This document shows, piece by piece, positions 47,517 through 58,775 of a DNA stretch of 64,000 bases. Numbering within the stretch: the first letter of the stretch is position 1; the number at the start of each line of letters is the position of its first letter. This DNA is from Macrostomum hystrix (taxonomy: Eukaryota > Animalia > Platyhelminthes): contig CATNEN010000030.1 in the NCBI GenBank assembly GCA_950097015.1, positions 434,001 through 498,000 of the forward strand. Direction: 5' to 3'. A model generated the notes under the pieces. That model saw only the letters and a list, made by a program, of their open reading frames with translations, did no database searches and was not told the DNA's origin. The translations under genes and the position numbers were made by a program.

Positions 47517-47850
47517 GGGGATCGGTGGCAGAGCGGTTAACGCGTTTGCCTCTCTCGCACCAAGGTTCCTAAGTTCGATTCCACGGCGAGGCCAAATTTA
47601 TTTGGGGCGCAGCCGCGTAGAGAAGGCTTGGGGGCTTGTCGTGCAATTTACGCCCTTGAAGGCCAACCTCCAAGGCACAGTGAAATTTACACCGCCTGAC
47701 GATGAGAAAGTCAGGGCAGATGTACACACCTGTGTGAGTGTATGCCTGCGTACAGTATCTGTGTGCGAGTGTGCTCAGGAGTCAGCGAAATGGGCAGAAT
47801 TGCCTCCTCGCTGGCTGCGGGTCTAGTGTCACCAAATGATGCGCCATTTA
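47517..47850 (+). mobile_element. SINE family A copy (3' truncated)
   Basis: A-box tggcagagcgg, B-box gttcgattcc, and the same body as the other copies. Confidence 0.85.
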
Positions 47851-48464
47851 TTTCTCTCTATCTATCAGTCTCTTCTATCATCTGTTATCCTTCAAAATCT
47901 TGAGGATTCAAACAGCCCCCCTGCACAGGTGAGGCATTTCAAGGCTCAGTTGAGTACACTAGCTGCTGTTGTCAATTCAGGTCTTTCATCATTCGATTAT
48001 GCCGCCTGACACCCATTTGTGTTATTTTATTCCATAGCTTTCTATATTTTTTAGTAATTTTTGGCTTCATATATCCAGGTTATGCTCGATTTAATTGCTT
48101 GAAGTGCAACTGCGCCAGTAGCTGAATACGGATGCCGATATTCTCATGCAGCTCTTCCTTATTATACTACGAGCGTGATTCAAAACTAGTTGAATTAATG
48201 AAGAATGCATTAGTCAGTTGGTTAAAATATTTTAATAATTAACTCCGTGACCACTTGGGTCCGAAATAAATTACTCACTTTTAGGTAAAAAATCTTTTTC
48301 CTTCCTTCTTTTTTATTCAGTAAATAAAAATCACTAGAGTTTATTGCAGTATTTAAAATAATTAGCACTGCCTTTGTTGCTTTACCTAAGGGTTGAGGTC
48401 GAAGATTCACTCTTATTAGAGACTGAAAGCTATTTCTGAAGATAGAAGTGGTAATTCTGAAGAC

Positions 48465-48848
48465 AGAAATCTGATTTCTTTAGGCAGAAATGGGAAATCT
48501 GTATTCTTTAGGCAGAAATGGGAAATCAGATTTCTTTAGGCAGAAATGGGAAATCAGATTTCTTTAGGCAGAAATGGGAAATCAGATTTCTTTAGGCAGA
48601 AATGGGAAATCTGATTTCTTTAGGCAGAAATGGGAAATCTGATTTCTTTAGGCAGAAATGGGAAATCAGATTTCTTTAGGCAGAAATGGGAAATCTGATT
48701 TCTTTAGGCAGAAATGGGAAATCTGATTTCTTTAGGCAGAAATGGGAAATCAGATTTCTTTAGGCAGAAATGGGAAATCAGATTTCTTTAGGCAGAAATG
48801 GGAAATCAGATTTCTTTAGGCAGAAATGGGAAATCAGATTTCTTTAAG
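48465..48848. repeat. 28-bp minisatellite (gaaatgggaaatctgatttctttaggca)
   Basis: About 13 units upstream of the VAMP gene. Confidence 0.95.
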
Positions 48849-49032
48849 CAAATCCTTAAAAATAGGATTTTAAAGAGAAATGAGAATAGGCTTATCGACT
48901 GACTGAAGGGCATAGAAATCGGTCGTATAATCGAGGATTGTATAGGTGTTAAAGAACTAACATCTGAGTGTTTTTTTATTCCTTCAATTTTTTTCAGCGC
49001 ATTTTTACAAACTAAATTCTCAGCTCTAAAGA

Positions 49033-49413
49033 ATGAGTTCCTCCAGGTACAACTATGGCGGCGGCGGCGCCAGCGCCGGCGGCGTAGATTCCAACGCTCC
49101 GCAGCCGCAGCATCCGGACGACATTCGACTGCAGCAAATGCAACAGACTGTTGGCGAGGTCTCCGGCGTGATGCGCGACAACATGAATCGGATCATTGAA
49201 CGCGACGGCAACATCAACAAGCTGGTGGACCGCACGGAGGCTCTGCAGGAATCCGCTGTGCAGTACAGCCGCACTACAACCCGGGTACAGCGCAAGATGT
49301 GGTGGCAGAATACCAAGATGAAGATCATTCTTGGCGTTGTCATTACAGTTATTATCATCATAATCATTGTGAGTATTTTGGCTAGCGCCGGTGTGTTTAA
49401 TCAGAAGTCGTAA
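49033..49413 (+). CDS. Synaptobrevin/VAMP-family R-SNARE (single exon, 126 aa)
   Basis: SNARE motif VGEVSGVMRDNMNRIIERDGNINKLVDRTEAL with zero-layer Arg, RKMWWQNTKM, and a C-terminal hydrophobic anchor. Confidence 0.93.
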   Translation: MSSSRYNYGGGGASAGGVDSNAPQPQHPDDIRLQQMQQTVGEVSGVMRDNMNRIIERDGNINKLVDRTEALQESAVQYSRTTTRVQRKMWWQNTKMKIILGVVITVIIIIIIVSILASAGVFNQKS

Positions 49414-49559
49414 ACTTCTCAAGAACTAGACAAATTTCATTTTCCCTTCTCTGATTTGGCAGTTAAATATTAGCGACTGTTCTTTTCATTTTAACACGAA
49501 GCGAAATTTAAGTAGTCAAGTAGTTAAAATTGGGTAATATACAGTAATACAGATTATAC

Positions 49560-49915
49560 AGTACAATAATAATTATTATAATTGTAGGAGGGCTGCGGGC
49601 AATGGCACATCATTTGGTGACACTAGACCCGCAGCCAGCGATTCTGCCCATTTTGCTGACTCCTGAGCACACACGCACACAGATACTGTACGCAGGCACA
49701 CGCTCACACAGGTGTGTACATCTGCCCTGACTTTCTCATCGTCAGGCAGTATTCACTCACAGTGCCTTTGAGGTTGGCCCTCAAGGGCGTAAATTGCACG
49801 ACAAGCCCCCAAGCCTTCTCTCCGCCCCCTGCGCCCCCAATGTGGCCTCGCCACGAAATCGAACTCACGGACCTTGGTGGGTTTGCAAACGTATTAACCG
49901 CTCTGCGACTCACCC
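49560..49915 (-). mobile_element. SINE family A copy, minus strand
   Basis: Reverse complement of the family A consensus with a small internal deletion near the 3' hairpin. Confidence 0.85.
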
Positions 49916-51162
49916 CCTTAGTACAGTAATGAACTACTGAAGGTACTGTGTCCAACTAGGATTAATTAAAACTCGCGGGGATTTGAATAGCTAATCGCAT
50001 TTTTTTAATCTTAAGAATTTTTTAATTAAATGGTAGCTTAACATATTCCCTATTATTGGTTCTCCCTATAGTTATCTAAGGCTATCACAGCTATTAAAGG
50101 CTGAGTTATTTATGTTTGAATATGTGTCTCAATTCATTCCAGCTGTTTATCAGACTTTTAGTTTTAAAGCAATGTTTTTTAAAGCTTGTCTGCATGCTTC
50201 GTCTACGCCCAGGACAATTTTTTATTTCATATCGCTTTTCGCTTTTTGTGTGCTATTGTTATCTTCAGCCAAAAAGTACATTTTTAATTGACAAAATCTC
50301 TTATTTTTCTCTAATCAGCTCTCACTAGCTAGACATACATTCCTATTCAGAGTTTTTATCTGTCAATCATGCACTGACAATGTTTAGATTGTTGTTTTAA
50401 ACACGAAATTTAGTATTTTTATATAAAAGAGATTCACAAGGGTTGCAAGAGAGGGTAGATAATTGATTGATTGGCAGGTAGATCAATAAATTTAAAGATA
50501 AGTCTTTGCATTCAACACTTCTTAAATTTATTCATCTGTAGACTTACAAAAAATGGTTCAAAAGGGCATTGAAATATAAATTATATATTATATCATGTTT
50601 TCTTATATCTATAATACGGTGGGTAAGTATACGTTCCGTATTTCGTTAAGTTTTTGTAATTCCTTGCGATGCTTTTAGTGGTGCTTAACGTTTTATATTC
50701 CGTGTCTAAAATAATCAGCTGTATAACAAACAAACAGCCAATACTGACTGCTCACGAACAAACATGCAGTACTCGTATTGTATCCGTAGATAATAGATTG
50801 GCTTTAGTCAGGTTTGTGATGTAGCCATGCAAATGTTCTATCTGTAAAATCACTTTTTTAATGAATCGGCCTTATCGTTGGTTCTAATCATATGAAACCA
50901 ATGTCAAATTTCAATTAAGCAGATCTGACTAAATGCTTCCATTGTTATAAGAGCATTCATATATGTATAAAACATATTGACGGGCTTCCCAGTTTTCCGT
51001 TTTATAACTCTATTTATCCTTGATTTTTTCAACAATATTTATTCATATTTGAATGTAAATACATTTATGACCACTTTATTTCGAGTCGGCTTATTAAAAG
51101 TAGTATCAAATTCTGTTTATTTTACTTTAAATTGCTTCAAAACATTAGCTAGGCTAAAGTAT

Positions 51163-52172
51163 GAGAATTAAAGTGCACGCACTTGAGTCTATTCTCATCA
51201 AATTGACAGTGCGTGCTATCCGTTCTCATAGAGTAAGCTTAGACTCGGTGTATATACTCCTAGACTGACTGTTTCTCTATTCAGTTTCTTGGCGTTTGAT
51301 GCTCCTACAACAATAACAATTGGCAAAAGCGAAATTTGAGAATTAAAGTGCTCGCACTTGAGTCTATTCTCATCAAATTGACAGTGCGTGCTATCCGTTC
51401 TCACAGATCAGACTCTCTGGTGTATATACTCCTAGACTGACTGTTTCTCTATTCAGTTTCTGGGCGTTTGATGCTCCTACAACAATAACAATTGGCAAAA
51501 GCGAAATTTGAGAATTAAAGTGCTCGCACTTAAGTCTATTCTCATTAAATTGACAGTGCGTGCTATCCGTTCTCACAGATCAGACTCTCTGGTGCATATA
51601 CTCCTAGACTGACTGTTTCTCTATTCAGTTTCTGGGCGTTTGATGCTCCTACAACAATAACAATTGGCAAAAGCGAAATTTGAGAATTAAAGTGCTCGCA
51701 CTTAAGTCTATTCTCATTAAATTGACAGTGCGTGCTATCCGTTCTCACAGATCAGACTCTCTGGTGCATATACTCCTAGACTGACTGTTTCTCTATTCAG
51801 TTTCTGGGCGTTTGATGCTCCTACAACAATAACAATTGGCAAAAGCGAAATTTGAGAATTAAAGTGCTCGCACTTAAGTCTATTCTCATTAAATTGACAG
51901 TGCGTGCTATCCGTTCTCACAGATCAGACTCTCTGGTGTATATACTCCTAGACTGACTGTTTCTCTATTCAGTTTCTGGGCGTTTGATGCTCCTACAACA
52001 ATAACAATTGGCAAAAGCGAAATTTGAGAATTAAAGTGCTCGCACTCGAGTCTATTCTCATCAAATTGACAGTGCGTGCTATCCGTTCTCATAGAATAAG
52101 CTAAGACTTGGTGTAGATACTCCTATGCTGACTGTTGAACTATTCAGTTTCTGGGCGTTTGATGCTCCTACA
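51163..52172. repeat. 172-bp tandem array (about 5.9 units) upstream of TIMELESS
   Basis: The period is fixed by identical ORF starts at 51576, 51748, 51920 and 52092; an orphan ~150-bp copy lies at 53247-53394. Confidence 0.95.
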
Positions 52173-52257
52173 GTGTGCTCAGCATAGAATTTGTGTCCCA
52201 AGCAGCGTCTCACGCAGTGCAGTGCCTTTTGATTTCCATTGCAGCCTGTCTGTTAGC

Positions 52258-55200
52258 ATGGCATCCTCGCAGTCCCAGCCCCGATCTGCAAAGCAGGCAC
52301 CGTCGCAGGCGGCCTCGGCACCAGCTCAGTCGTCCTCAGTTGAGCAGCGTTTCGTTGACTTGCACGCCATCTGCAATTCGCTCGGCTTCACCGACCACAC
52401 CGGCGAGTACATGCGCGAGCCAGATTCTGCGGAGTCACTGCGCGACATTCTAAGATGCCTGCGCCTTGAAGATGACACCTGCGATATGCGCCGAGAGTTG
52501 GCCAGACTGCGCCTGCTACAGCGCGACCTGGTGCCAATGCTAAAGCGCTACGCAGACGAGCCGGACGTCCTTGACCGAACCCTCCGCCTGATGGTGTGCC
52601 TGACCAAGCCGGCCCTGCTCTGCTTCCAGAACCAGCTGCCGGACCTGGCCCGCAGGCCGCACTACATCGCCCTGCTGGGCCACCTGGCCGACTACAAGCT
52701 GGCCTTCTGCGACGACGATCTTTTGCGCCGCTTCGCCCAGCAGATCGACCTCTTTGTCGATCGTCGTCAATCGGCCGCCACTGCCGACTACATCGGTGAC
52801 GAAGAGCGCGAAGGTCTGGAACGCGTATTAGTTGTGCTTCGCAATGTCCTCCACGCTGGCAGCGCAGATGCCGCCGTCAGCCGCGGCCAAGACGCTCGCG
52901 AGGATCCGCGGGTCTGTCAGGAGCGCCTGGCCCGCTGTATGCTGGACGCAGGTCTGCCGCGAGCTCTGGTCGGCTTAGCTGCCTGTCCGTCTGGCTGTCG
53001 GCACTACTCCATGCACCTGCTGGAGATTCTGCACCTGCTGCTGAGGCATCGCAATCCGGCCGCTCTGGCTGGCGGGACATCTGCCTCGGCCTCGGCTTCG
53101 GCTGCCCTCGAGCGCGCCGCTAAAGCTGAGGCCCGTTCAGAGACTAGATGCGACAATTATCGATACCTATCTACTAGACACGGCAGGTGAGAATATAATA
53201 ACTTATGTTTATTGAGGACTTGACACCTTAACTGCGATTTAAATCTGAGAATTAAAGTGCTCGCACTGGAGTCTTTTCTCATTAAATTGGCAGTGCGTGC
53301 TATCCGTTCTCATAGAATAAGCTAAGACTCGGTGTATATACTCCTAGACTGACTGTTGCTCTATTCAGTTTCTGGGCGTTTGATGCTCCTACAGTTAGAC
53401 AAACATAACATAATCGAAATTTGTCTTTAAACAATATATTTAACTACTTATTGTTCAGTTCACATAGCTGTAATTTGAGTTCCAGAATTAGCTAGTTCTC
53501 GCCAGTCCTCGGACTGAACAGTTGTACACAACCCTTCAAAACGCCGCGCAATAGCACATTGCACATCTGGCACAATCTCTATTATGCAGTAAAACAAACC
53601 TCTATTTAAATCCGGGCCTACACAGATTCGGAGGCACCTACCAATTAACGAGCGTCGCGGGTGTCGCTGGCCGGCCCGTAGTATTCCACCGGGACCTCAA
53701 TCAGCTGCGCGACTGGTCAGTTGATCAAGAGAAGACTCGCCGAAAGGTGCCCAAAAATCGAAGATTAGTTGTCGACGATCCGCGTTCGTCAGCCGGCGGC
53801 GGCGACTTTGAAGGCGGCGTGGCGCCAATTACGACATCGCGCGTTACCGAAGGCCTCCGCGACTTCTGCGAGGCCCTGCTGGCTCGAGCCTTCAATCCGT
53901 TGATGCGCCGCGCCAGGCAGCATCTGGACAGTCAGGCTAGCCAGATTGGCGACGAGACCTTCTACCTGTGGTCGGTGAAGTTTTTCTTCGCCTACGCTCG
54001 GCATCGACCTGGCGGCTCGCGCCGGCCGGCCCTACACCATCTGACTGCCGCATTCAACCTGGACGCGTTCAGCTTCGTTCATCGCCAGATTATGACCTGC
54101 GCTGAGAGCGCCAATTTAGAGCGCGGCGCCAATCAGGCGGTCTGGTCGCGCCGTCTGCTGCTTGCCCTTGGCGCCTACAATCAAATGTTTCACCTGCTGT
54201 CGGCTGCTGTGGCACTGCCATCAAATAACCGCACCGCCGCTGCCACCGGAGCTGCGTCAGCTGGCGTCGGTCTAGCTCCTGCCGACTATGAAAACGATCC
54301 CGACTGGCTAGCCCAGGTGGAGGAGTCGCGGGCGCTGGCTCGCGAGGTGCTCTACCTGCCGGATTATCGGGACACTTATCCCGAGCTGCTCCGCTGCATC
54401 CAGGAGCGCTGGGCCGGCCTGGAACTCTATAGGGAAGCGCTTGAGGGCGGCTTCGCTATGATGCGCCTGATGGAGCGCTGGGCGCGCGACGGTAATCTGG
54501 TGCAGCAGCGACGGAAGCGGCGCGCCAAAGCCAGACGCCGAAGACGCCAGCAGCAGCAGAAAATGAAGACGGCTGGCAAAAAGAAGGCCGAGTCGGCTCC
54601 GCTGACGGAGGAGCAGCGCGATGATCTCTGGTCGAGCTTCGGCGACGCGCTCAGCCAGCTTGTTGCTGCGCCGGCTGAAGGTGTCGAAGCTGAAGTGAAC
54701 GAAGCCGGCCTGCCGCGCCTGTTTGACCCGCTGGCTGAGGAGGCGGAGCAGGCGACGTCGGCCGCTGCCACTGTGCAGCGCCTGCTAATTGACGGCCGTC
54801 TAGCCGAAGCCATTGTCTGCGCCCGACGCTGCCGGTCGTTGTTTCCCGAGTGCGGTCATTTCGACATAGCTGACGATCTGCTGCTGCTGCGCGCTCTGCT
54901 TATGGACAACAACCTTAGCGCACTGGCCTCTGCGCAGCAGGGGCGTCAGGATGACGAACCGGCCGGAGATGACGAAGATGGCGTGCCGCCAAACGAAGAG
55001 CTCCTCGAAGCTCAAGGTCTTGTCGACGACGATGACGTGGAGTTCGAGGAGAGCCGCTTCGACAGCAACGAGTACCTGCTGCGCTTCTGCCATCCGGCCA
55101 CAGTGCAGGCCCTGACCCGCGTGCTGGGCAATTATCGCTGCAACTCGCCTGGGGTCAACTGCAGCTCTGTCCGCCTTGCGCACAAGATGATCACCGAAGC

Positions 55201-56932
55201 TGGCGCCGGCCCGATGTTCTACCAATTGCGCACCTTTCGCGTCCTGCAGACCATTCTACGCGATCCCGACTGTCCGGACAAGGAGCTGCCCCGTCTATGT
55301 CGTCATCTTGTCGGCCAGTTCGTGGCTGCAATCAAACGCAATCCGACTGTCTTTGTTGAGCCGCTGTTCCTCAAGTCGCTTCCTGAAGCCCGCGACATTG
55401 CCGACAACTACGCTGCAGCCATTGATCCCAAAGGTGCGGCGGCGGCCCGTCGGCTGGGCGACAAGGCCCGCTGGACCGAGAACCTTGACGCCGAGCTGCG
55501 CTGCCTCTATGACCTAGCAGTTCAACGCGAGGACGTCAAAGACATTGTGCAATTCGTCCAATCGGAGCTGAGCGACCGCGGTCGCAGCCGGCGCCGGGTG
55601 ATGCGGCGCATGGTGCAGCTCGGCCTCGGCGCCAAAGCGGCCGACTTTCGCAAAAAGCCAGCCAAGGCTGCCAGGCGTAGCAAGCCGTCCGAGCCGCGCT
55701 CATCGAAACCTCGACAGCGTAGGGATAAGAAAAAGAAGACCAGCTCGGGGGAGGCGTCCAGCGAAGACGAGCAGCAAGAGGCGGAGAGGGTGGAAGGATT
55801 TGCGCCATCGTCCGCCGCCGCCTCCGCTCCGGCTCCACCGGCGCCGCGCCTCGACGAAGCCAAACTGGCCGAGCGCCTGTTGCACGCGCGCCGGCTTGTA
55901 AACGACAAACCCGGCGTGGCCGCCTGCTTGGCCTGGCTGGCTGACCAGCTGGCCGACTGCGTGCGCGATCGGGTTGCCGGCGACAGCGACGAGATCGTCC
56001 TGCTGTGCCTAGACCCGGCAGCCGATGCCGCTCTGGAGGAGCCTATCTGCGCCGGGCTGCTGCTGAGCGCCGGCCTGCAGCCGCCAGCGGTCGACGCCGC
56101 CAGTCGGTTCTGGCGAGTCCCAGCCGACGCCGGCGTCGACAAGCTGCGCCGGACCATGGAACTTCTGGCGGCGCCAAACGCCGATCTGGAAGCTCTGGTG
56201 CTGGCCAACTTTGGCCGGCCGGAGTTCTCCGACAGCGACGAATGCGACGAGGATGCTGACAAACACGCCAATCTTGATGACGAAGACGACGATGAAGGTG
56301 ACGAAGACATCCAGACGGTGCTGCGTCAGTTTGCCAGCAGTAAAAAGAGTGGTAATTGCGCGCCAGACGAGTTCAGCGTAGCTCACGAAGACCTGCCTGG
56401 ACTGCGAACCAGCCTAGCCGATTTTCGTCGACAGCGTCAGCAGCAGCTGCTGCGTCTGCCGCCATCGCGTCGCGAGGATCCGCTGGCTTTCGACGGTCTG
56501 TGCTCGCCTACGAGAACAGACAAGCCGCTAGTGAGAGCACGCAACGAGCTGGACGCCTACATTCTGCCGGCTGGGCGTCTAGGCGGAGCCCCCGTTGTGG
56601 AAGAGGACACCTCATCCTCCTTACCTGCCGCAGCTCCCGCGGAAACCGCCGATCCTTCAGCCAATAAAGAAAATGTTGACGTTGATGCTGTTTGCTCCTC
56701 AAAGCGGAGCGCTAAACGACCTCGACTGGCCTCTTCATCTTCGTCGGCGTCTTCGAGTTCTTCGCCAAGTTCATCATCGTCCTCCGACGGCGACGGAAGC
56801 TCCAGCGAAGACAACGATGGCACAGCCGCTGTTAGGAAGTCCGCGGATCATCCTTCCACTTCGCCATCGACGAACGCCGCCCGAGTCGGTCAGAAGCGTC
56901 AGAGGCTCGCCGTGCTGAGCGATTCTGAGTAG
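52258..56932 (+). CDS. TIMELESS: Protein timeless homolog (Timeout/TIM2 type, replication fork protection)
   Basis: Exons 52258-53186 and 53626-56932 (phase 2, RHGR|FGGTY). DLHAICNSLGF...EPDSAESLRDILRCLRLED, LRLMVCLTKPALLCF, PMFYQLRTF and a C-terminal PARP-binding-like LQPP...FWRVPA segment; about 1411 aa. Confidence 0.95.
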
Positions 56933-57469
56933 AATTTTCTGTCGTTCTCGGCATCTCCTAGGATCTAATCTTCTAACAAATCTCTGGCCTCCCTATTGTC
57001 TCAATAAGCTTCCGAAAGTACTTTGTCCTAACAGTGCTGCTCATATACAATTGTACGAGTAATTCTCATAATTATTCTATCTACACTGACTAATTTTAGT
57101 CCAGCTAAGGCGTTTTTTCGATTGCCTTGCGTTTACTTAAGTATATTGGTGCTAAGGAATTATCCATTGATAATTGCTATTGTATCTATGGACTGAATTA
57201 TACTGGGTGAAACCCAGGAATTGTATTTTTTACATTGCCTGTTGTCTTAAAATGCATTTTTGTTGGTCGCATTTGCTTCAACTTAATCATATAATTCATA
57301 TTCGTATTCATATTTTTGTACTGGTATAATGACTTGGCTGTCTTAATTGTACTTGCAAGTGTCTCTTTCTGTGCATTTCTTACAAAATTTATTTGTGTTG
57401 TTTTTGCAATATTCTCGACCTTTGTGTTTCCCTTTAAATTTGAATTCCCATTTTTCGAGAGATTCCCTA

Positions 57470-58180
57470 TCGAATACAGTAGGGATTCCCTATCAAATAC
57501 AGTAGGGATTCCTTATCAAATACAGTAGGGATTCCTTATCAAATACAGTAGGGATTCCTTATCAAATACAGTAGGGATTCCCTGTCAAATACAGTAGGGA
57601 TTCCTTATCAAATACAGTAGGGATTCCTTATCAAATACAGTAGGGATTCCCTATCTGTATTCAGTAGGGATTCCCTATCAAATACAGTAGAGATTCCTAT
57701 CAAATACAGTAGGGATTCCCTATCAAATACAGTAGGGATTCCCTATCAAATACAGTAGAGATTCCTATCAAATACAGTAGGGATTCCCTATCAAATACAG
57801 TAGAGATTCCTATCAAATACAGTAGGGATTCCCTATCAAATACAGTAGAGATTCCTATCAAATACAGTAGGGATTCCCTATCAAATACAGTAGGGATTTC
57901 CAATCAAGTACTGTGCGGATTTCCCACCAAGTACAGTAGGGATTCCCTATCAAATGCAGTAGGGATTTGCCATCAAGTACAGTAGGGATTCCCTATCAAA
58001 TACAGTAGGGATTTCCAATCAAGTACAGTAGGGATTACCTATCAAATACAGTAGGGATTTCCAATCAAGTACTGTGCGGATTTCCCATCAAGTACAGTAG
58101 GGATTCCCTATCAAGTACAGTAGGGATTCCCTATTAAATGCAGTAGGGATTTGCCATCAAGTACTGTAGGGATTCCCTAT
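57470..58180. repeat. 22/23-bp minisatellite with an internal palindrome (tagggattccctatcaaatacag)
   Basis: About 30 units between TIMELESS and TMF1. Confidence 0.95.
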
Positions 58181-58775
58181 CAGAATATCATAGCCTGTTC
58201 CTTATCTAATAAAAAATGCACTATTAAATACAAACAATATTTTCCTAAAAGCTGCGGTAGAGATTTCCCATATAAAAAGCAACTGGTATTCTTCCCTACT
58301 GCCTTCGGAATTACCCGTAAAGTTTTGGAATTTCCCATCGAGCAGTCAGAAAATCTACTAAAATCCAACCAAGATTCTTAAAAGGTAGATTCGGAATTCA
58401 CGCAAACTTCATTTAGAATTTTTCATCGGAGTTTCCTATTTTATGCTATATCATGCAATGTCACAAATTACATTTTCTTTAAACCTAAATTTTCAAAATT
58501 CTTGCAACGAAGTTTTTCTATTAAATGTAATCATGCCGGGTTAACAATGTGTGATGGTTTTGCAATCTACATTTTTGTTGCTTCTCTAAATTTTTTCGTT
58601 TTCTGATAGCTAGGAAGCTATTAGTAAGGAAGATCCAGTGTTCGTTAAATTAAATCTTTCATTTGTTTGATTATTTTCTTATTTTAAATATTTCAGCGGT
58701 CTTCCATCGAATTCTAAAATTATAAAGCGACTATTCAATTATTAAACCTAAGTCCTAAGGATTAGCTGATAGAGG

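Noticed and set aside
51163-52172. CRISPR-like appearance of the regular arrays
   Set aside because: Units are contiguous with no unique spacers, no cas genes are present, and the context is eukaryotic.
55522-56310. Long antisense ORFs over TIMELESS, EFL1, ELP2 and other GC-rich exons
   Set aside because: Expected shadows of GC-rich coding sequence; the translations have no recognisable domains.
57470-58180. GGGATTCCC resemblance to an NF-kB site
   Set aside because: Similarity of a short palindrome alone gives no evidence for the factor or for function.
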